Source: an uncultured Chloroflexota bacterium (GTDB lineage: Bacteria; Chloroflexota; Dehalococcoidia; UBA2979). Taken from it: a DNA stretch of 49,225 bases. Of this stretch, positions 46,729 through 49,225 are shown in pieces. The stretch covers positions 1 through 49,225 of the forward strand of contig CAJXBM010000005.1 in the NCBI GenBank assembly GCA_913051185.1, in the 5' to 3' direction. A program made the position numbers and the translations under genes. The notes beneath the pieces are model-generated. The model was not told where the DNA came from, did no database searches, and saw only the letters and a list, made by a program, of their open reading frames with translations. Every line of letters begins with the position of its first letter. The stretch's first letter is position 1.

Positions 46729-48503
46729 CGTACCTGCTCCTTATGATAAGTAACTATTTCATCGCCCTCTTCAAAAGACTCATAGCCGCTCACTGTTATT
46801 CCGCACTCCAGGCCAGTAACAACCTCCCGCGCATCGTCGCTTTCGCGTTTCAATGTATCAAGATTCGACTCGTGAAGAACTGAACCATTACGCATTACTC
46901 TACAAAGAGAACCTCGCAAAACCGAACCTTCACGTATATAGCAACCCGCAATTGCGTTACGCCTACCCTTTCGAAATACAGCTCTAACCTCAGCAATACC
47001 GTCTTGCATGTCCTCAAATATCGGGTCTAATAAACCCTGGACAGCCTTCTCAATATCTTCCACGATGTCATAAATAACTGAGTATTCACGAACCTCTATG
47101 TGATCTTCCGAGGCCAATTTGCGAGCACCTGGCTCTGAAGTAACATTAAAAGCTATAACAACACCTTGGGACGCGGTTGCAAGCTGAATATCGGACTCGA
47201 CTACAGATCCGACAGCAGCATGAATCACGCGAACGTTAACCTCCTCGTGAGACTGCGCCTCAAGCACCTGAACCAGCGGCTCAATAGAGCCTTGCACATC
47301 CGCCTTCACAACAAGATTGAAGTCCTTAACATTCCCACGGTGTATCTCACCAAACAAAGTATCTAACGTAACTGGCTGAGTAACACCGTCAGCATCAACA
47401 CCTCGTAATCGGCTATCTGCTTCTATTCTTGCCGATCTCGAGTCCGCCCGAACCTCAAACACTTCTCCTGCTTGGGGCACAGCCGATAGCCCAAGTATCT
47501 CAACAGGCGTCGATGGGCCCGCTGATTCAATTTTGTCACCGTCTGATCCGAACATTGCCTTGATACGCCCAAACGCGGTGCCCGCGAGTACAATGTCGCC
47601 TGACCGAAGAGTTCCAGTCTGCACTAACAATGTAGCCGTGACTCCTCGTTGCCTATCGTTCTTAGCTTCGAGAATAATTCCCTTAGGTTGGTTATCCGGA
47701 TTAGCTTTAAGTTCCTCCAAATCAGCAATTAACAGCACATTTTCAAGTAAATTATCAACGCCAAGACCCTCGAGCGCTGAAATTTCTACGACGATTTGAT
47801 CACCGCCAAGATCTTCAGGAAGCAAGTCTACCTCCGTTAGCTGTCCCTTGATCTTTGCTGGATCTGAATTAGGCAAATCAATTTTATTAATGGCAATCAC
47901 CAGCGGTACTTGAGCCGCTTTAACATGAGCAATCGCCTCACGAGTCTGTTGCATCAATCCATCGTCTGCTGCGACCACCACTATACCTACATCAGTCACA
48001 TTGGCTCCTCGGGCTCTCATCTGAGTAAAGGCCTCATGGCCAGGGGTATCAAGGAAAGTGATAACTCGACCGTCATCCACTTTTACCTGATAGGCACCTA
48101 TGTGCTGTGTGATACCACCAGCTTCACTTTCTTGCACATTTGACGAACGAATATGATCCAAAAGCGTCGTTTTTCCATGGTCAACATGACCTAAAACTGT
48201 GACGACTGGAGGTCGTGCCACGGCGTCAGGATCATCTTCAACCAAGCGCAACGATGTCGACTCCATAGTCTTTTCGGGATCTGATTCAGGCTGCGCATCC
48301 TCGGCTTCAGTGTCGACACTAAATCCAAAATCCTCCGCTATAATTGCGGCTGTCTCAAAATCAATAACTTGCACAACTGTGGCCATCACGCCATTTTGCA
48401 TTAGGGCCTTAACTACCTCGACAGCGGACGTGTCAAGAATCTCCGCCAAATCGCGAACAACTATTGCAGATGGAATAGATATCTTCTGCTGATCAAGTGT
48501 CAT
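46725..48503 (-). CDS. infB: Translation initiation factor IF-2 (short form)
   Basis: RPPVVTVLGHVDHGKTTLLD, GGITQHIGAY, DTPGHEAF, NKID, KADVQGS.E, ECG. Short N-terminal region. Confidence 0.97.
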   Translation of the reverse strand: MTLDQQKISIPSAIVVRDLAEILDTSAVEVVKALMQNGVMATVVQVIDFETAAIIAEDFGFSVDTEAEDAQPESDPEKTMESTSLRLVEDDPDAVARPPVVTVLGHVDHGKTTLLDHIRSSNVQESEAGGITQHIGAYQVKVDDGRVITFLDTPGHEAFTQMRARGANVTDVGIVVVAADDGLMQQTREAIAHVKAAQVPLVIAINKIDLPNSDPAKIKGQLTEVDLLPEDLGGDQIVVEISALEGLGVDNLLENVLLIADLEELKANPDNQPKGIILEAKNDRQRGVTATLLVQTGTLRSGDIVLAGTAFGRIKAMFGSDGDKIESAGPSTPVEILGLSAVPQAGEVFEVRADSRSARIEADSRLRGVDADGVTQPVTLDTLFGEIHRGNVKDFNLVVKADVQGSIEPLVQVLEAQSHEEVNVRVIHAAVGSVVESDIQLATASQGVVIAFNVTSEPGARKLASEDHIEVREYSVIYDIVEDIEKAVQGLLDPIFEDMQDGIAEVRAVFRKGRRNAIAGCYIREGSVLRGSLCRVMRNGSVLHESNLDTLKRESDDAREVVTGLECGITVSGYESFEEGDEIVTYHKEQVR

Positions 48504-48593
48504 TCGTGAATCCGACCCCTTCCGTGCATCCTTACAGTATGTATTCTATTAAATCCAACTCGTAAAGAATCTTCTATTCAAACTTTACTAAAT

Positions 48594-49225
48594 CTAGATT
48601 TCGAACAAATCATCATCATCATCATAAAGATCATCCTCGTCCTCATCATACTCAAACCGTCGCGACTGAGTCTGCTTTTGTGGGCCCCGGTCACCACCCC
48701 GCTTACGACGATTCTGATTTTTCTTATTCTGTCCGCCGCTGGAGTCTTCTTCTTCGTCTCGTCGAAGCTCAGCAATTTCATCACCGAATCGCAAACCACC
48801 ACTCGCTGATTTGTTTTCTACAACCGGTTTTTCAACTATTTCCTGCGCTGTAGCCTCTAGTTCAACACTCTCCTCTACTGCGCTTACCTCGTCTGAGGCA
48901 AACGCAGCCATCACTTCCTGCTCAGGAGTGAGTTGTTTTACCACCGCGGGGTCAGCACCAGCGGCCTTGAGATCTTGACTATCTAATGGCGCTGTCGAAT
49001 CTAGTGTGAGATCTGTTGCTTGATCATCTCTCTCAGTACTTGTAACTGATGCTGTCCTAGCAATAGGAATAGCCTCTAAATTAGGTTCTGGTGGCGGTAC
49101 TAAATCCGCTCCCGACTCCATAAGCACACTCTCAGCATTCAAGGACACTCGTCGACCTATAAGTTGAGCCGCAAGACGTGCATTTTGACCTTCTTTTCCA
49201 ATAGCTAGGGCCATCTGCTTATCTG
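48594..49225 (-). CDS. nusA: Transcription termination factor NusA, C-terminal part (truncated by the window edge)
   Basis: KH2 motif LAIGKEGQNARLAA.L.G, upstream of infB, followed by a long low-complexity tail. Confidence 0.88.
   Translation of the reverse strand, partial: DKQMALAIGKEGQNARLAAQLIGRRVSLNAESVLMESGADLVPPPEPNLEAIPIARTASVTSTERDDQATDLTLDSTAPLDSQDLKAAGADPAVVKQLTPEQEVMAAFASDEVSAVEESVELEATAQEIVEKPVVENKSASGGLRFGDEIAELRRDEEEDSSGGQNKKNQNRRKRGGDRGPQKQTQSRRFEYDEDEDDLYDDDDDLFEI

Noticed and set aside
48608-48650. (CAT/CATC)n-like short tandem repeat
   Set aside because: It simply encodes the Asp/Glu-rich NusA tail and is not a CRISPR or contingency repeat.
1-49225. tRNA, rRNA, CRISPR arrays, IS elements or prophage
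   Set aside because: Intergenic gaps are all under about 200 bp. I saw no spaced repeats, tRNA arms, transposase, integrase or phage genes by eye; tRNAscan and Infernal would confirm.

Overview
A gene-dense core-chromosome segment of moderate GC, with about 48 CDSs and no recognisable tRNA, rRNA, CRISPR array, prophage or IS element. The gene content suggests a Chloroflexota (Dehalococcoidia/SAR202-like) bacterium: class V FBP aldolase/phosphatase, short IF2, AroH chorismate mutase and a CxxC-x17-CxxC zinc-ribbon protein. This taxonomy is inferred, not proven. Housekeeping genes include murB, proB, folC, folD, scpA, scpB, trpA, aroH, ribF, tyrS, recJ, prfB (programmed +1 frameshift), HU and nusA'-infB-rbfA-truB. 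The main find is a candidate inositol-glycolipid (PIM-like) locus at 37.5-44 kb: ino1, two PatA-like acyltransferases, a PHP phosphoesterase and a PimA-like GT4, converging on a PgsA-like synthase. The PHP protein and second acyltransferase are candidates for steps still unassigned in the mycobacterial pathway. Other notable items are a cysteine-free protein-disulfide-oxidoreductase homologue, a carboxylating crotonyl-CoA carboxylase/reductase behind an actinobacterial-style amtB-glnK-glnD operon with a GlnR-like box, three FabF paralogues, apparent non-canonical starts for rbfA (CTG) and one fabF (ATC or a frameshift), an orphan Dam-like methylase and a DUF1122 protein. All calls come from motif recognition by eye; no searches were run.
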